This document shows, in pieces, positions 1-12,835 of a stretch of DNA of 32,000 nt. The stretch is from Marinicellulosiphila megalodicopiae. GTDB lineage: Bacteria > Pseudomonadota > Gammaproteobacteria > Pseudomonadales > Natronospirillaceae. The translations under genes were made by a program, and so were the position numbers. Where the stretch lies: the NCBI RefSeq assembly GCF_045862395.1, contig NZ_AP023087.1:1699990-1731989 (forward strand), written 5' to 3'. Below the pieces are notes generated by a model that saw only the letters and a program-made list of their open reading frames with translations, was not told where the DNA came from and searched no databases. Positions within the stretch are counted from its first letter, which is position 1. Each line of letters begins with the position of its first letter.

Positions 1-1
1 G

Positions 2-550
2 GCAGGCATTGCCATTACCGCTTTAGGTGGCGCGTTAACGGGCATCATTATTTACATGGCGGATGACAACCAATTACGGGATATTACTTTTTGGAGTATG
101 GGCAGTCTTGCTAATTTAGATTGGCATGATGTGATGATCACTGCTCCTGTCTTGTTGGTGTGCGCTTTTGTGTTGACTCGCTTCGCAGGCCCATTAAATT
201 TAATGTTAATGGGGGAATCAGTATCTAAACACTCTGGTGTGGATGTCATTAAATTAAAAAAACGCATTATCATGATTGTCGCATTAATGGTCAGTATCTG
301 TGTGTGTTTAAGTGGGTTGATTGGTTTTGTAGGATTGGTTTGTCCTCATATTGTGAGATTAGCCGTGGGTCCTGATCATAAAAAAGTGATTCCATTAAGT
401 GCTGTTTTGGGTGCTTGTATGTTGTGTGTCGCCGACTTATGTTCAAGAGTGATCATCGCCCCTGCTGAATTACCCATCGGTATTATTACCGCTTTAATTG
501 GTGCGCCATTTTTTATGTGGTTATTAGTGAAACAAAAACAAACGAGTTAA
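2..550 (+). CDS. hmuU: FecCD-family heme/iron ABC transporter permease, C-terminal part (5' end outside window)
   Basis: Frame is open from base 2 (AGIAITALGGALTGIIIYMADDNQLRDITFWSMGSL...), upstream of the ORF-track start at 56. GFVGLVCPHIVRLAVGPDHKKVIPLSAVLGA is a FecCD permease signature; the adjacent ATPase supports the call. Confidence 0.85.
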   Translation, partial: AGIAITALGGALTGIIIYMADDNQLRDITFWSMGSLANLDWHDVMITAPVLLVCAFVLTRFAGPLNLMLMGESVSKHSGVDVIKLKKRIIMIVALMVSICVCLSGLIGFVGLVCPHIVRLAVGPDHKKVIPLSAVLGACMLCVADLCSRVIIAPAELPIGIITALIGAPFFMWLLVKQKQTS

Positions 551-559
551 GAGAATACA

Positions 560-1348
560 ATGCTTAAATTAAATCAAGTCAGTTTTAAAATTGGAAAGCG
601 TATAATTTTTAATGATGTCAGCTTTGAAGTCAAACCCGGTGAATTAGTCTGTTTACTAGGAGCAAATGGCGCAGGTAAATCAACCTTGCTTAAAAGTATT
701 TGTGACGATGTAACATTCAGTGGCGATATTTTATTAAATGATGTCAACCTTAAGAATTTCAACTTGGCTTCACTTGCCAAAATACGATCCGTCATGCCTC
801 AAAAAGTAAATCTTAATTTTGCCTTTTCGTGTTATGAAGTAGTGAGTATGGGCAGAAGTGCACATAATCAAATATTAGATGACACTGACAAACGTATTAT
901 TAAAAAATGTATGCTGTTATGTGGCGTGTGGTCATTTTGTGAGCGTCGTTATCCTTATTTGTCTGGTGGTGAGCAACAGCGTGTTCAATTAGCACGAGTG
1001 CTTGCGCAAATATATTTAGACGGAGGGGATTCTCAATCGCAACCTAGGTTGTTGTTACTTGATGAATGCACCTCCAGTTTAGACCCTAAGTTTCAGCATC
1101 AAGTGTATCGAATTTTAAAATCTCTAAAAAATCAAAATATAGCCATTTTGAGTGTCGTGCATGATATTAACTTGGCAAGCCAATATGCCGATCGAATTTT
1201 GTTGTTAAGTGACGGACAGTTGATAGAAGATGCGAGTCCTTCTTATGCGATTAATACACAAAGCATGCTGCAAACCTATGATTTACATACACAGGTAATA
1301 AAGCATCAATGTGTTGATCGCCCAGTGGTGATTGCGTTGGAGCAGTAA
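560..1348 (+). CDS. hmuV: Heme ABC transporter ATP-binding protein (HmuV-like)
   Basis: Walker A GANGAGKST, signature LSGGEQQRVQLARVLAQ, Walker B LLLLDECTSSLD, H-loop VVHD; insert before Walker B as in HmuV. Confidence 0.8.
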   Translation: MLKLNQVSFKIGKRIIFNDVSFEVKPGELVCLLGANGAGKSTLLKSICDDVTFSGDILLNDVNLKNFNLASLAKIRSVMPQKVNLNFAFSCYEVVSMGRSAHNQILDDTDKRIIKKCMLLCGVWSFCERRYPYLSGGEQQRVQLARVLAQIYLDGGDSQSQPRLLLLDECTSSLDPKFQHQVYRILKSLKNQNIAILSVVHDINLASQYADRILLLSDGQLIEDASPSYAINTQSMLQTYDLHTQVIKHQCVDRPVVIALEQ

Positions 1349-1489
1349 AATGAATCAATGCATTATTTATGTGTAAACAAAGATGTTAGGGTTATGTAAA
1401 GCTGTCTGATAATTCTCAAAAATTTATAATACTATGCATTTTGATAATTTTGACTGGCGCTCATTTTGAAATTGAAGAATAATGCAAGG

Positions 1490-3085
1490 ATGCGAAAATT
1501 ATTTTTAAAACTCTATTTTAAGATGTTTCTGACTATGTTGTTGTTAGCGGCTATTGGTGTGTTGGCATTTACAATGTTATCACAGCGTCAGCAGCAACAC
1601 TTTTTACAGAAACAAACCCTCATTATGGTTGAACAGATTCAAGGGTATTTTGCTGCCAAATATAAAGATAAGGTGTTGGTTGGGAATGTTTCAGATAGTT
1701 TGTCAAATGAATTACTCGTTTTACAGCATTCATTTGGAATGCATATATCACCGAGTAAAAAACAAACTGGCATAAATTCTTCTTTTTTAATGATCGTAAA
1801 ACCTAACAATGTAATCGATGTTTGGTTTGATGTACTTTTAAATAATCAAAAACAAGCGGTAAAGTGGCGATACAGTTACACCCAACATCAGTGGATAACT
1901 CAATTAAGTGAATTAATTTCAGCACAATTTCAATTGGAGACCTTTGACTCTCAAAATCAATTGTTCAATTGGGTCGCGCAATATCCTTCTAATGATCAAT
2001 TAATGATTTCTTTAAAGCCTTTTGATTCTAATCAATTAACCGAACATCAAATAAATCAAATGTTAATGCAATTGCCTGTTTTTGAAATGGGTGATGCTAA
2101 TAATCAAAATATTGTTGTGTATAAACGGTTAGATAATCATTGGGTGTTAACAATTGAAATGCCTGTGTATTTAGGTAGACAATCCATTGAAATTTTATTG
2201 TATACATTAGCCATGGTTATGTTTGTTGGGTTGTTTGTGTGTATTTTATTTATTCGACCTATTGAAAGTAAAATTGCTAGACTGTTAAAAAGCTTAGACA
2301 AATTTGAATCCGCCAAAGATGAGCCTTTACTGCCTATGCAATTAGAGGCCATGCACAAACCTGAAGATGAGATTGCTCAAATAAGTAATAAGGTATCGCA
2401 AATGATGCAAAGAATGCATCAACTAGCTAAAGATCAGCAAGAAATGACGCGAGCAGTATCGCATGAGTTTAGGACTCCCATCGTAAAAATGGGATACCAT
2501 GTTGAATTATTAGAATGCGATTTGCCAAAAGACGATTTTAGTATTTTGGGTATAAAGCAAAATATGAAAGAGTTGCATAGTTTAGTGGATGAACTCTTGT
2601 TATATTCAAGTTTGGAACAAGGTTTTCAAGTTCGATTCGAAGAATTTGATATTAAACATGCTGTTGAAAATTTAATCGAACAATTGCATACAATCAATCA
2701 ATGTAAGTTAAATTTAATGATGTCTGAACAGTTTATCATTAAAGCCCATGAAGGATATTTAGTGCGTGCATTGCAAAATTTAATCACTAATGCACAGCGT
2801 TATGCTCAAAATCAAATCAATATTTATGTTGAACAAATTGGCAGTCATGTTCATATTCGAGTAGAAGATGATGGGCCTGGTTTAACAAATGAACAAAAAC
2901 AAACGGTGTTTGAGCCATTTACTGTCATTGAAAAAAGCAGAAATAAAAAATTAGCAGGTCATGGTTTGGGATTGGCAATTGTTAAGCGCATTGTTTTGTT
3001 TCATGGTGGAAAAGCATTTGTTGATGAACCTAAACAATTAACCGGTGCAAGTTTTGTTATGGTGTTTCCAAAGCGTGCTATTTGA
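1490..3085 (+). CDS. Sensor histidine kinase (RstB-like), probable ATG start at 1490 rather than the TTG at 1466
   Basis: N-terminal TM, periplasmic region, second TM, H-box VSHEFRTPIVKM, N-box NLITNAQRYA, G-boxes DDGPGL and GHGLGLAIVKRI; followed by a response regulator. Confidence 0.9.
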   Translation: MRKLFLKLYFKMFLTMLLLAAIGVLAFTMLSQRQQQHFLQKQTLIMVEQIQGYFAAKYKDKVLVGNVSDSLSNELLVLQHSFGMHISPSKKQTGINSSFLMIVKPNNVIDVWFDVLLNNQKQAVKWRYSYTQHQWITQLSELISAQFQLETFDSQNQLFNWVAQYPSNDQLMISLKPFDSNQLTEHQINQMLMQLPVFEMGDANNQNIVVYKRLDNHWVLTIEMPVYLGRQSIEILLYTLAMVMFVGLFVCILFIRPIESKIARLLKSLDKFESAKDEPLLPMQLEAMHKPEDEIAQISNKVSQMMQRMHQLAKDQQEMTRAVSHEFRTPIVKMGYHVELLECDLPKDDFSILGIKQNMKELHSLVDELLLYSSLEQGFQVRFEEFDIKHAVENLIEQLHTINQCKLNLMMSEQFIIKAHEGYLVRALQNLITNAQRYAQNQINIYVEQIGSHVHIRVEDDGPGLTNEQKQTVFEPFTVIEKSRNKKLAGHGLGLAIVKRIVLFHGGKAFVDEPKQLTGASFVMVFPKRAI

Positions 3086-3115
3086 ATTAATCCCTGAAAA
3101 ACACAGGAGAATAAA

Positions 3116-3820
3116 ATGAACCCACATATTGTATTAGTTGAAGATGATGAGGATTTAGCAAAACTCACTCAGAATTTTTTAATTCGTCAGGGGTTTGAAG
3201 TCAGTATTGTCACTGATGGATTATTAGCGATTGAACATATATTGAAAGTAAATCCTGATGTGGTGTTATTGGATATTATGTTACCAGGTTGTGACGGTTT
3301 AGAAGTGTGTCGTAAAATTCGTTCAAGATTTTTTAATCCAATAATAATGCTAACAGCAAGAGATGATCAAATTGATCAAGTATTGGGTTTGGAAATTGGC
3401 GCGGATGATTATATTTCTAAATCCGTAGAACCTCGTTTGTTAGCAGCACGCATAAAAGCAATTTTACGTCGTGATGAAGTGGTAAAACATGGTAAAAAAG
3501 CGTCGGTGTTAGATTTTGGCAATTTGGTGTTTCACTCAGGCGCGCGTGAAGTTCGTGTGTTTAATAAACCCATAGATTTAACGACACCTGAATACGATTT
3601 ACTTTGGATGTTGGCAAAAAATGCAGGGTTTGTTTTATCAAGAGAGAAAATATTTGAATCGTTAAGGGGGATTGAATACGACGGGCAAAACCGATTGGTT
3701 GATATTACAATTTCTCAAATTCGTGCAAAATTAGATCATCCAAAACGAATTATTACTGTACGAAATAAAGGATATTTATTTTCAGATCAGACAGATTTAG
3801 ATGAACATTCAAAGCAGTAA
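3116..3820 (+). CDS. OmpR/PhoB-family response regulator (RstA-like)
   Basis: Receiver domain VLVEDDEDL, VVLLDIMLPG, winged-helix C-terminus ending DQTDLDEHSKQ; pairs with upstream kinase. Confidence 0.9.
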   Translation: MNPHIVLVEDDEDLAKLTQNFLIRQGFEVSIVTDGLLAIEHILKVNPDVVLLDIMLPGCDGLEVCRKIRSRFFNPIIMLTARDDQIDQVLGLEIGADDYISKSVEPRLLAARIKAILRRDEVVKHGKKASVLDFGNLVFHSGAREVRVFNKPIDLTTPEYDLLWMLAKNAGFVLSREKIFESLRGIEYDGQNRLVDITISQIRAKLDHPKRIITVRNKGYLFSDQTDLDEHSKQ

Positions 3821-3834
3821 ACCAAAGAAGATCA

Positions 3835-3868
3835 GGCTCTTTATTACATTATAATGTGATAAAGAGCC
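3835..3868. other. Perfect/near-perfect hairpin GGCTCTTTATTACATT-AT-AATGTGATAAAGAGCC between convergent genes
   Basis: Stem of ~16 bp with one T-G mismatch/wobble, located between the response regulator and the minus-strand ferredoxin gene; possible bidirectional terminator, though no U-tract follows. Confidence 0.5.
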
Positions 3869-3875
3869 GAATGAA

Positions 3876-4647
<772 letters not shown>

Positions 4648-4815
4648 TCACTGAACTGCAGTACTCAACTATCTATATAACTCTCTATATAACTCACTAT
4701 ATGGTTGAGCTGCTGTACTCATATTGCAAATATGCACAATATGATTGGCAAAATTAGGCTTTGCCTTTGCACAAAAGCCTATTAATCTTATTACACGTTT
4801 TTAAGGGAAAGACCG

Positions 4816-5370
4816 ATGATTAAAAATACAGAAACTTCTTATGGCTTAGTTGCAAAATTGCTCCATTGGCTTAGTGCTTTAGTGATAATTTTTATGTTTG
4901 GCCTTGGGTTATACATGATGGATTTATCCTATGGTCATCCATATGAAAAAAGCTCATTAAGTTTGCATCAATCCATAGGTATGAGTTTTTTCATTTTGTG
5001 GACAGTAAGACTTATTTGGAAGTTTTTGAATCTTTCACCAAAACTGGCTCAAGCTGACTCAACAATTAAAAAATTGGAAAACTTCGCTGCTCATGCAGTA
5101 CATGGGTTGCTTTATGTAATGATGTTTATAATGCTGTTTTCTGGCTACTTGCTTGCCATTACTGATGGGGCTGGCAGCTCATTTACCTTTTTTGGATTAT
5201 TTGAAGTGCCTTCGTTGGGCGAGTTTTTTGAAGAACGCGCTGATATAGCCGGATTGATACACGAAAAAATGGCATGGGCTTTGATTGTATTAGCCGGATT
5301 GCATGGCCTTGCTGCTTTAAAACATCACTTTATTGATAAAGATGATACATTAAGAAAGATGACACGCTAA
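4816..5370 (+). CDS. Cytochrome b561 family protein
   Basis: Four TM helices with conserved His residues (KLLHWLSA, LHQSIG, HAVHGLLYV, HGLAALKHHFIDKDDTLRKM). Confidence 0.9.
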   Translation: MIKNTETSYGLVAKLLHWLSALVIIFMFGLGLYMMDLSYGHPYEKSSLSLHQSIGMSFFILWTVRLIWKFLNLSPKLAQADSTIKKLENFAAHAVHGLLYVMMFIMLFSGYLLAITDGAGSSFTFFGLFEVPSLGEFFEERADIAGLIHEKMAWALIVLAGLHGLAALKHHFIDKDDTLRKMTR

Positions 5371-5437
5371 AATTTTAACCGCCATTAAGGCAAACCATTA
5401 ACTGACTATTAAATTTGATTTAATACTGGAGAGTTTC

Positions 5438-5995
5438 ATGAAAAAATTACCATTGGCTTATGCATTAGTTGCAGCTTTAACTACATCGATTGCAGCAAAT
5501 GCTGCTGATTATAATATTGACCAAACTCATACGACTATTGAGTTTAAAGCCAGTCATTTAGGCTTTAGTTATGTGATTGGTCGATTTGATGATTTTGAAG
5601 GCACATTCTCTTATGATCCTGCAAAACCTGAAGCTTCTAAAGTCATGGCAACAATTGATACCACAAGCATCAACTCAAACCATACCGCTCGTGACAAACA
5701 TTTAAAAAGCGATGATTTTTTAAATGCAGCTAAATTTCCTGAAGCGACGTTTGTTTCAACTAGCTTTAAGGTGACTGATGAAGATAATGCGGTAATGATG
5801 GGTAATTTCACTTTAAATGGTGTGACTAAGCCTGTATCTATTGATGTAGCGAAAATCGGCGAAGGTAAAGATCCATGGGGCGGATATCGCGCAGGATTTG
5901 AAGGTTCTTTTGAATTTGGAATGGATGAGTTCGATTTTAAAAGTAATTACGGTAAAGTGATGATCGATATTACTGTTGAAGGTATTAAAAAGTAA
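5438..5995 (+). CDS. YceI-family periplasmic protein
   Basis: Signal peptide, YNIDQTHTTIEFKASHLGFSYVIGRFDDFEGTFSYD, GRAGFEGSFEF...FGMDEFDFKSNYGKVMIDITVEGI; directly after cytochrome b561. Confidence 0.93.
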   Translation: MKKLPLAYALVAALTTSIAANAADYNIDQTHTTIEFKASHLGFSYVIGRFDDFEGTFSYDPAKPEASKVMATIDTTSINSNHTARDKHLKSDDFLNAAKFPEATFVSTSFKVTDEDNAVMMGNFTLNGVTKPVSIDVAKIGEGKDPWGGYRAGFEGSFEFGMDEFDFKSNYGKVMIDITVEGIKK

Positions 5996-6074
5996 GTTAG
6001 TTTTTATTTGAGTGGCACGAATCATAGAGAGGAGTTTCTGTGATCGTGCCATTTTTTTGTTAATTGTTTATGAA

Positions 6075-6623
6075 TTAACAGTTACCACCAATTTCTGAGA
6101 GCATGGATTCATCGATTTTTAATTTTTTAAGCGCGTGCTTTCGTAAATCTTCGATTGGGCTATCCCAAATTAATTTACTGTCCGCTTCAACACAAAGCCA
6201 AATGTTTTCTGCTATTTCTTCCTCTAATTGATTTTCTGTCCAACCGGCATAACCTAAACAGCTAATGTATTCAAATGGCCCTAATCCAAAGGCAATCGAT
6301 TTTAACGTTTCCATCGAATTGCTTAATGCAATGTCAGGATTAAATAAATTTGCACTGTGATCAACACTGGGTTTGTATAATACAAATGCCTGATCTTGAC
6401 CAACAGGGCCTCCGTATCTTAAATTTTGATTGTCATCTAATTGCGTTTCTATATCTGCCTGTTGCATTAGCATTTGCATATTCATATTAATGGGTTTGTT
6501 TAAAACAAATCCAAACGCGCCTTTTTCATCGTGTTCGGCAATGTATATAACAGAGTGTTGAAAATGTGGGTCGTCCATTTTAGGCATGGCAATTAAGAAG
6601 TTATGATTTAAATATTGAGTCAT
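6075..6623 (-). CDS. YqgE/AlgH family protein
   Basis: YLNHNFLIAMPKMDDPHFQHSVIYIAEHDEKGAFGFVLNKP and YGGPV motifs. Confidence 0.93.
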   Translation of the reverse strand: MTQYLNHNFLIAMPKMDDPHFQHSVIYIAEHDEKGAFGFVLNKPINMNMQMLMQQADIETQLDDNQNLRYGGPVGQDQAFVLYKPSVDHSANLFNPDIALSNSMETLKSIAFGLGPFEYISCLGYAGWTENQLEEEIAENIWLCVEADSKLIWDSPIEDLRKHALKKLKIDESMLSEIGGNC

Positions 6624-7549
6624 AATTGATTTCCTATCCAGTTAAACAAATCGCTCATGGCATCTTGAGCGCTTACGTCGTTAAAAATCTCGTGCCTTGC
6701 ATTTGGGTAGGTGAGAGATTCAAATTGATTATTTTGTTTACTAAGTGATGTTTTTAATCGATCAACGCCACCTTTTAAATGTGCGTTACAACAAAATTCC
6801 CCTTGTTGTAATAATATTGGAAAGTGGAAATGATGGTTTTGTACTTGATTATCTAAGCTGCTTAAACAGGATAATAGCCCACTCCACATGCCATTAGTTG
6901 GTATAAAACCACATAATGGATCTTGTAAGTATAGGTCAACTTCTTCAGTTTTTGAGGACAGCCAATCAAAAGCGCTTCGATTTGGCTTAAAAGGTTTGTT
7001 AAATGCTGAAAATGTTAGCTCATCAAAAAATTCACTTTTTGCTGTTTTGCCTTTGATTTTACATAAAGTTTTATTAATCAATGTAGCGGCTAAAATCATG
7101 GGTTTAGTATTATAACCGCTTCCTGAAAGTATTAACCCATCAATAGATGGGTTATTTCTAATACAGTAATCCAGGGCTATATATGAGCCCATTGAGTGGC
7201 CTAATAGGAATGTTTTTAAATTAGGTGCGATGCTCTCGCGTAATTCTAAAATAAACTGAATGCGCTCGGACATTTGGGTAAATGGACCGTCTAAATGGCC
7301 TAACTGTTCGCAGTGCTCACCATGACCAATGTGATCCCAAGCTAACACGTTGATATTTTGTTGGTTAAAGTACTGGGCGAATCTTTCATAGCGTTCGCTA
7401 TGCTCAGCAAGGCCATGTGCAATTAGCAGCCATGCTTTAGGTTTTGCTACTAACCAGGCTCTATAGTGAATGTCGTCGTTTTCTTGTTCTAACCAGTCAG
7501 CTAAATATTGCATCGCGTCCTTTCCTGTAAAAAATTGTAATTCTGACAA
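6620..7549 (-). CDS. Alpha/beta hydrolase, lysophospholipase/monoacylglycerol lipase-like
   Basis: LIAHGLAEHSERYERFAQYF, GHSMGS nucleophile elbow, NARHEIFND C-terminal His; overlaps algH-like gene start by 4 nt. Confidence 0.85.
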   Translation of the reverse strand: MSELQFFTGKDAMQYLADWLEQENDDIHYRAWLVAKPKAWLLIAHGLAEHSERYERFAQYFNQQNINVLAWDHIGHGEHCEQLGHLDGPFTQMSERIQFILELRESIAPNLKTFLLGHSMGSYIALDYCIRNNPSIDGLILSGSGYNTKPMILAATLINKTLCKIKGKTAKSEFFDELTFSAFNKPFKPNRSAFDWLSSKTEEVDLYLQDPLCGFIPTNGMWSGLLSCLSSLDNQVQNHHFHFPILLQQGEFCCNAHLKGGVDRLKTSLSKQNNQFESLTYPNARHEIFNDVSAQDAMSDLFNWIGNQL

Positions 7550-7623
7550 GCTTTACTTCTAAAATACATCAGAATTTTTAAAAATGTGTAAATGGTCTAG
7601 TCTTAAAGAGAATTATTGAAATT

Positions 7624-8445
7624 TTGAGGTTGATTTTGCACAAATTGAAAGCTGTATTTTTAATTATATTTTTGTTCTTTAATGTGCAATGTGTGCATGC
7701 TTTTGATGAAAATGGCCATAGAGTGATTGCGCAAATAGCTTTATCATATTTATCTAGTGACGCTAAAAAAAGATTAAGTGTTATTTTTGGTGAAGATTAT
7801 CAGCAACTCTTTTTAGAAGCTCCGGATTATATTGCAATTAAAGAGCAAAATTTAGACAGTAAATGGATGAAAAATCTGCATTATGTCTTTTTTAATGCAG
7901 AGGATGAATCCTTTGATCCTCAAACACATTGTCCACATAATCAGTGTTCTGTTGCTGCGGTTTTAGAATCTAAAGTGGTGTTGCAAAAAGCCAAATATTC
8001 CACCACACAAAAACGGCAGGCTTTACGTTATTTGGTGTATTTTATAGGGGATATTCACATGCCAATGAATAATGGCTTTTTAGTGGATCGAAGCGGAAAT
8101 AAAATTCAACTGCAAAAAAATGATTTGTCATATGTCAGTTTAAACTGGGCTTGGAATAAAGGCTTGATGATCGAAAAGGATCAAAAATGGTTTGCATTAA
8201 GTGGTCAATACAGAAAAAGTATCGACAGGGAGCAAATCCAATTATGGAGTGAACAGGTAGAACCAGCTCAATGGGCAATTGAGTCACATCTATTAGCAAA
8301 AGATTTTGGTTATAGATTAGCCCAAAATAAACGTTATGATTCTGTGTTTATAAAGGAAGCTATGCCTGTCTTTGATTTGCAGTTAAAAAAAGCAGCAATC
8401 CGCTTGGCAACTATGCTCAATCAGCTTTATTCTGCAATTGATTAA
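7624..8445 (+). CDS. S1/P1-type nuclease, secreted
   Basis: Signal peptide then FDENGHRVIAQIAL, WMKNLHYVFFN, LVYFIGDIHMPMN; ORF-track start at 7624 has ambiguous start choice. Confidence 0.85.
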   Translation: MRLILHKLKAVFLIIFLFFNVQCVHAFDENGHRVIAQIALSYLSSDAKKRLSVIFGEDYQQLFLEAPDYIAIKEQNLDSKWMKNLHYVFFNAEDESFDPQTHCPHNQCSVAAVLESKVVLQKAKYSTTQKRQALRYLVYFIGDIHMPMNNGFLVDRSGNKIQLQKNDLSYVSLNWAWNKGLMIEKDQKWFALSGQYRKSIDREQIQLWSEQVEPAQWAIESHLLAKDFGYRLAQNKRYDSVFIKEAMPVFDLQLKKAAIRLATMLNQLYSAID

Positions 8446-8606
8446 ATGTGGCGTTGAATAATATTAGAACTGGGCTATAATAAAAATGCTTGAAATTAAG
8501 AATAATTTTTGTGCTCATTGTTATTCACGTTTACGTAAATGTCTCTGCTCATAAATAGTGATTTCTTGTTCTTGCACGTTTAAATTTTTATTTACAGGAA
8601 AGAGTT

Positions 8607-8813
8607 ATGTCTAGCAATGTCGGAACCGTAAAATGGTTCAATGAAGCAAAAGGCTTCGGTTTTATCGAACAAGAAAATGGCCCAGATGTGTTCGCACATT
8701 TTCGTGCAATTAACGGTTCAGGTTTTAAAACGTTACAAGAAGGCCAAAAGGTTACTTTTGAAGTAACTCAAGGCGAAAAAGGCCCACAAGCTGAAAACAT
8801 CGAAGTAGTTTAA
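8607..8813 (+). CDS. Cold-shock (CspA-family) protein
   Basis: [29 protein letters not shown] motifs; 68 aa. Confidence 0.95.
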   Translation: MSSNVGTVKWFNEAKGFGFIEQENGPDVFAHFRAINGSGFKTLQEGQKVTFEVTQGEKGPQAENIEVV

Positions 8814-9481
8814 TCTTTTTTTGATGTCTTGAATTTTGAAGGTCTCTTCTTCTGGAATGGGCCTTTTTTTGTGGCTGAGTGTTTTGTATTTCTTGGATGA
8901 TTCATGTTTTTAATTGCACTTTTGATTATTGCAGGCGCAGGGTCATCAACCATTAATACCTTTAATTCTCCAGGAGCCAAATCTTGTACTTGCCAGTCAC
9001 CAATGGCACTTCTTACTAAACGCAAACATGGAAAACCAACATTTGCGCACATTCTTCTTACTTGTCTGTTTCTGCCTTCTTTAATTTTTAGCTCAATCCA
9101 ACTTGTGGGGATATTCTTGCGTTCTCTAATTTCTCTGTGCCATAACCAAGTAGGTGGCTCGATGATTGTGCACTTTGCAGGAAGTGTGAATCCGTCCTTG
9201 AGTTCTACGCCATCTTGCAAGGATTGTATGGCTTGATCAGTGATTTCACCTTCAACTTGCGCTAAATAGGTTTTTGCGGATTTGAATTTTGGGTTGGCGA
9301 TTTGTTGATTAAGTGCGCCGTTGTCAGTGAGCAGTAATAAGCCTTCACTGTCGTAATCTAATCTACCTGCTGGATACACTTTTTTGATTTTTATAAATTC
9401 AGCTAAAGTTTGTTTGCCATCAATAGGGCTAAATTGAGACATCACTTTAAACGGTTTATTGAAGAGAATTAATTGTGCCAT
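8810..9481 (-). CDS. rluE: RluE-like rRNA large-subunit pseudouridine synthase
   Basis: [18 protein letters not shown] catalytic motif, [10 protein letters not shown]; basic C-terminal tail. Confidence 0.8.
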   Translation of the reverse strand: MAQLILFNKPFKVMSQFSPIDGKQTLAEFIKIKKVYPAGRLDYDSEGLLLLTDNGALNQQIANPKFKSAKTYLAQVEGEITDQAIQSLQDGVELKDGFTLPAKCTIIEPPTWLWHREIRERKNIPTSWIELKIKEGRNRQVRRMCANVGFPCLRLVRSAIGDWQVQDLAPGELKVLMVDDPAPAIIKSAIKNMNHPRNTKHSATKKGPFQKKRPSKFKTSKKD

Positions 9482-9576
9482 ATTTTGATCTTTTTTTAGA
9501 CTATGTTAGCTGGTTCACATCTGATATAATACCGCGCCTAAAACAAGCGGTCTATCAACCTCTTAAATAGACTTAG

Positions 9577-11900
<2,324 letters not shown>

Positions 11901-11910
11901 ATAAATAGTT

Positions 11911-11945
11911 AAAAAAAGGCTGATTTAATCAGCCTTTTTTGTGCC
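11911..11945. terminator. Rho-independent terminator after icd
   Basis: AAAAAAAGGCTGATTTAATCAGCCTTTTTTTG: GC-containing stem GGCTGAT/ATCAGCC followed by T-run. Confidence 0.9.
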
Positions 11946-12128
11946 TGTCGTTTATAAATTTGATATGAAATTATGGATGATATAAGAAAAAATCTCGTTT
12001 TATAATAATTAAGTGTCCCCATTCTATAGCCCTTCTTTTATTTTCGATTAACTGAAAATCGATTCTTTTAACTTAAAAAAATACATGACTCAATTTTAAA
12101 GTGACATTCTTTTCCTGTACGGCAACTC

Positions 12129-12145
12129 TTGGCCTTGTGTTTGCA
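12129..12145 (+). promoter_or_regulatory. Candidate sigma-54 promoter TTGGCCTTGTGTTTGCA upstream of fliE
   Basis: GG-N10-GC spacing resembling TGGCAC-N5-TTGCW, in the intergenic region ahead of a flagellar operon. Confidence 0.35.
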
Positions 12146-12374
12146 TTTGACGTTTTACGAAGAAAATTAGTCAATGTAATGACAATTTAATATTTATATT
12201 AAATGGGGTGTAAAAACCGGGAACAAAAGGGACTTTCTTTGTGGCTTGGTTGGGACGAATCAAGTGGGAGTATGGAGTCAGGATGATTGCTTTATTTAAA
12301 GCGACACCTACAAAATAACAGGGCAAGTGTTGAGTAGGTGAATTTTTTTATTTGAGATAAGTTAGGGGGCCGAA

Positions 12375-12818
12375 ATGAGCGTAGATCGAATGGACATTAG
12401 TCAAGTGTTATCACAAATGCGTGCATTAAAAGCTCAGATGCCTTCTCAACAATTAAATATTAATCCCGTGCAAAATGATGCGTTTAAACAGCAACTTAAT
12501 CAAGTGCAGCAAGAAGTTTCAAACGTAAATAAGCCAGATTTTTCCCGAGTGAATTCAAATACAGATGGAATATTACCTGTAGAAAAAGATGAAGGACCTT
12601 CGTTTGGTGATATGTTCAAATCTGCAATTGATTCTGTAAATGATAGTAAAAGTCACGCTAATGATTTGTCATCTCGTTATGAGCAAGGCGATCCAAGTGT
12701 TGATTTACCTGAGGTTATGATTGCCCTTCAAAAATCATCCGTTAGTTTTCAGGCCATGACTCAAGTACGCAATAAAATGGTAGAAGCGTACAAAGAAATC
12801 ATGAATATGCCTTTATAA
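12375..12818 (+). CDS. fliE: Flagellar hook-basal body complex protein FliE
   Basis: C-terminus LPEVMIALQKSSVSFQAMTQVRNKMVEAYKEIMNMPL; first gene of fliEFGHIJ. N-terminus is longer than usual. Confidence 0.93.
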   Translation: MSVDRMDISQVLSQMRALKAQMPSQQLNINPVQNDAFKQQLNQVQQEVSNVNKPDFSRVNSNTDGILPVEKDEGPSFGDMFKSAIDSVNDSKSHANDLSSRYEQGDPSVDLPEVMIALQKSSVSFQAMTQVRNKMVEAYKEIMNMPL

Positions 12819-12835
12819 CCGAGTAATAGATAATT

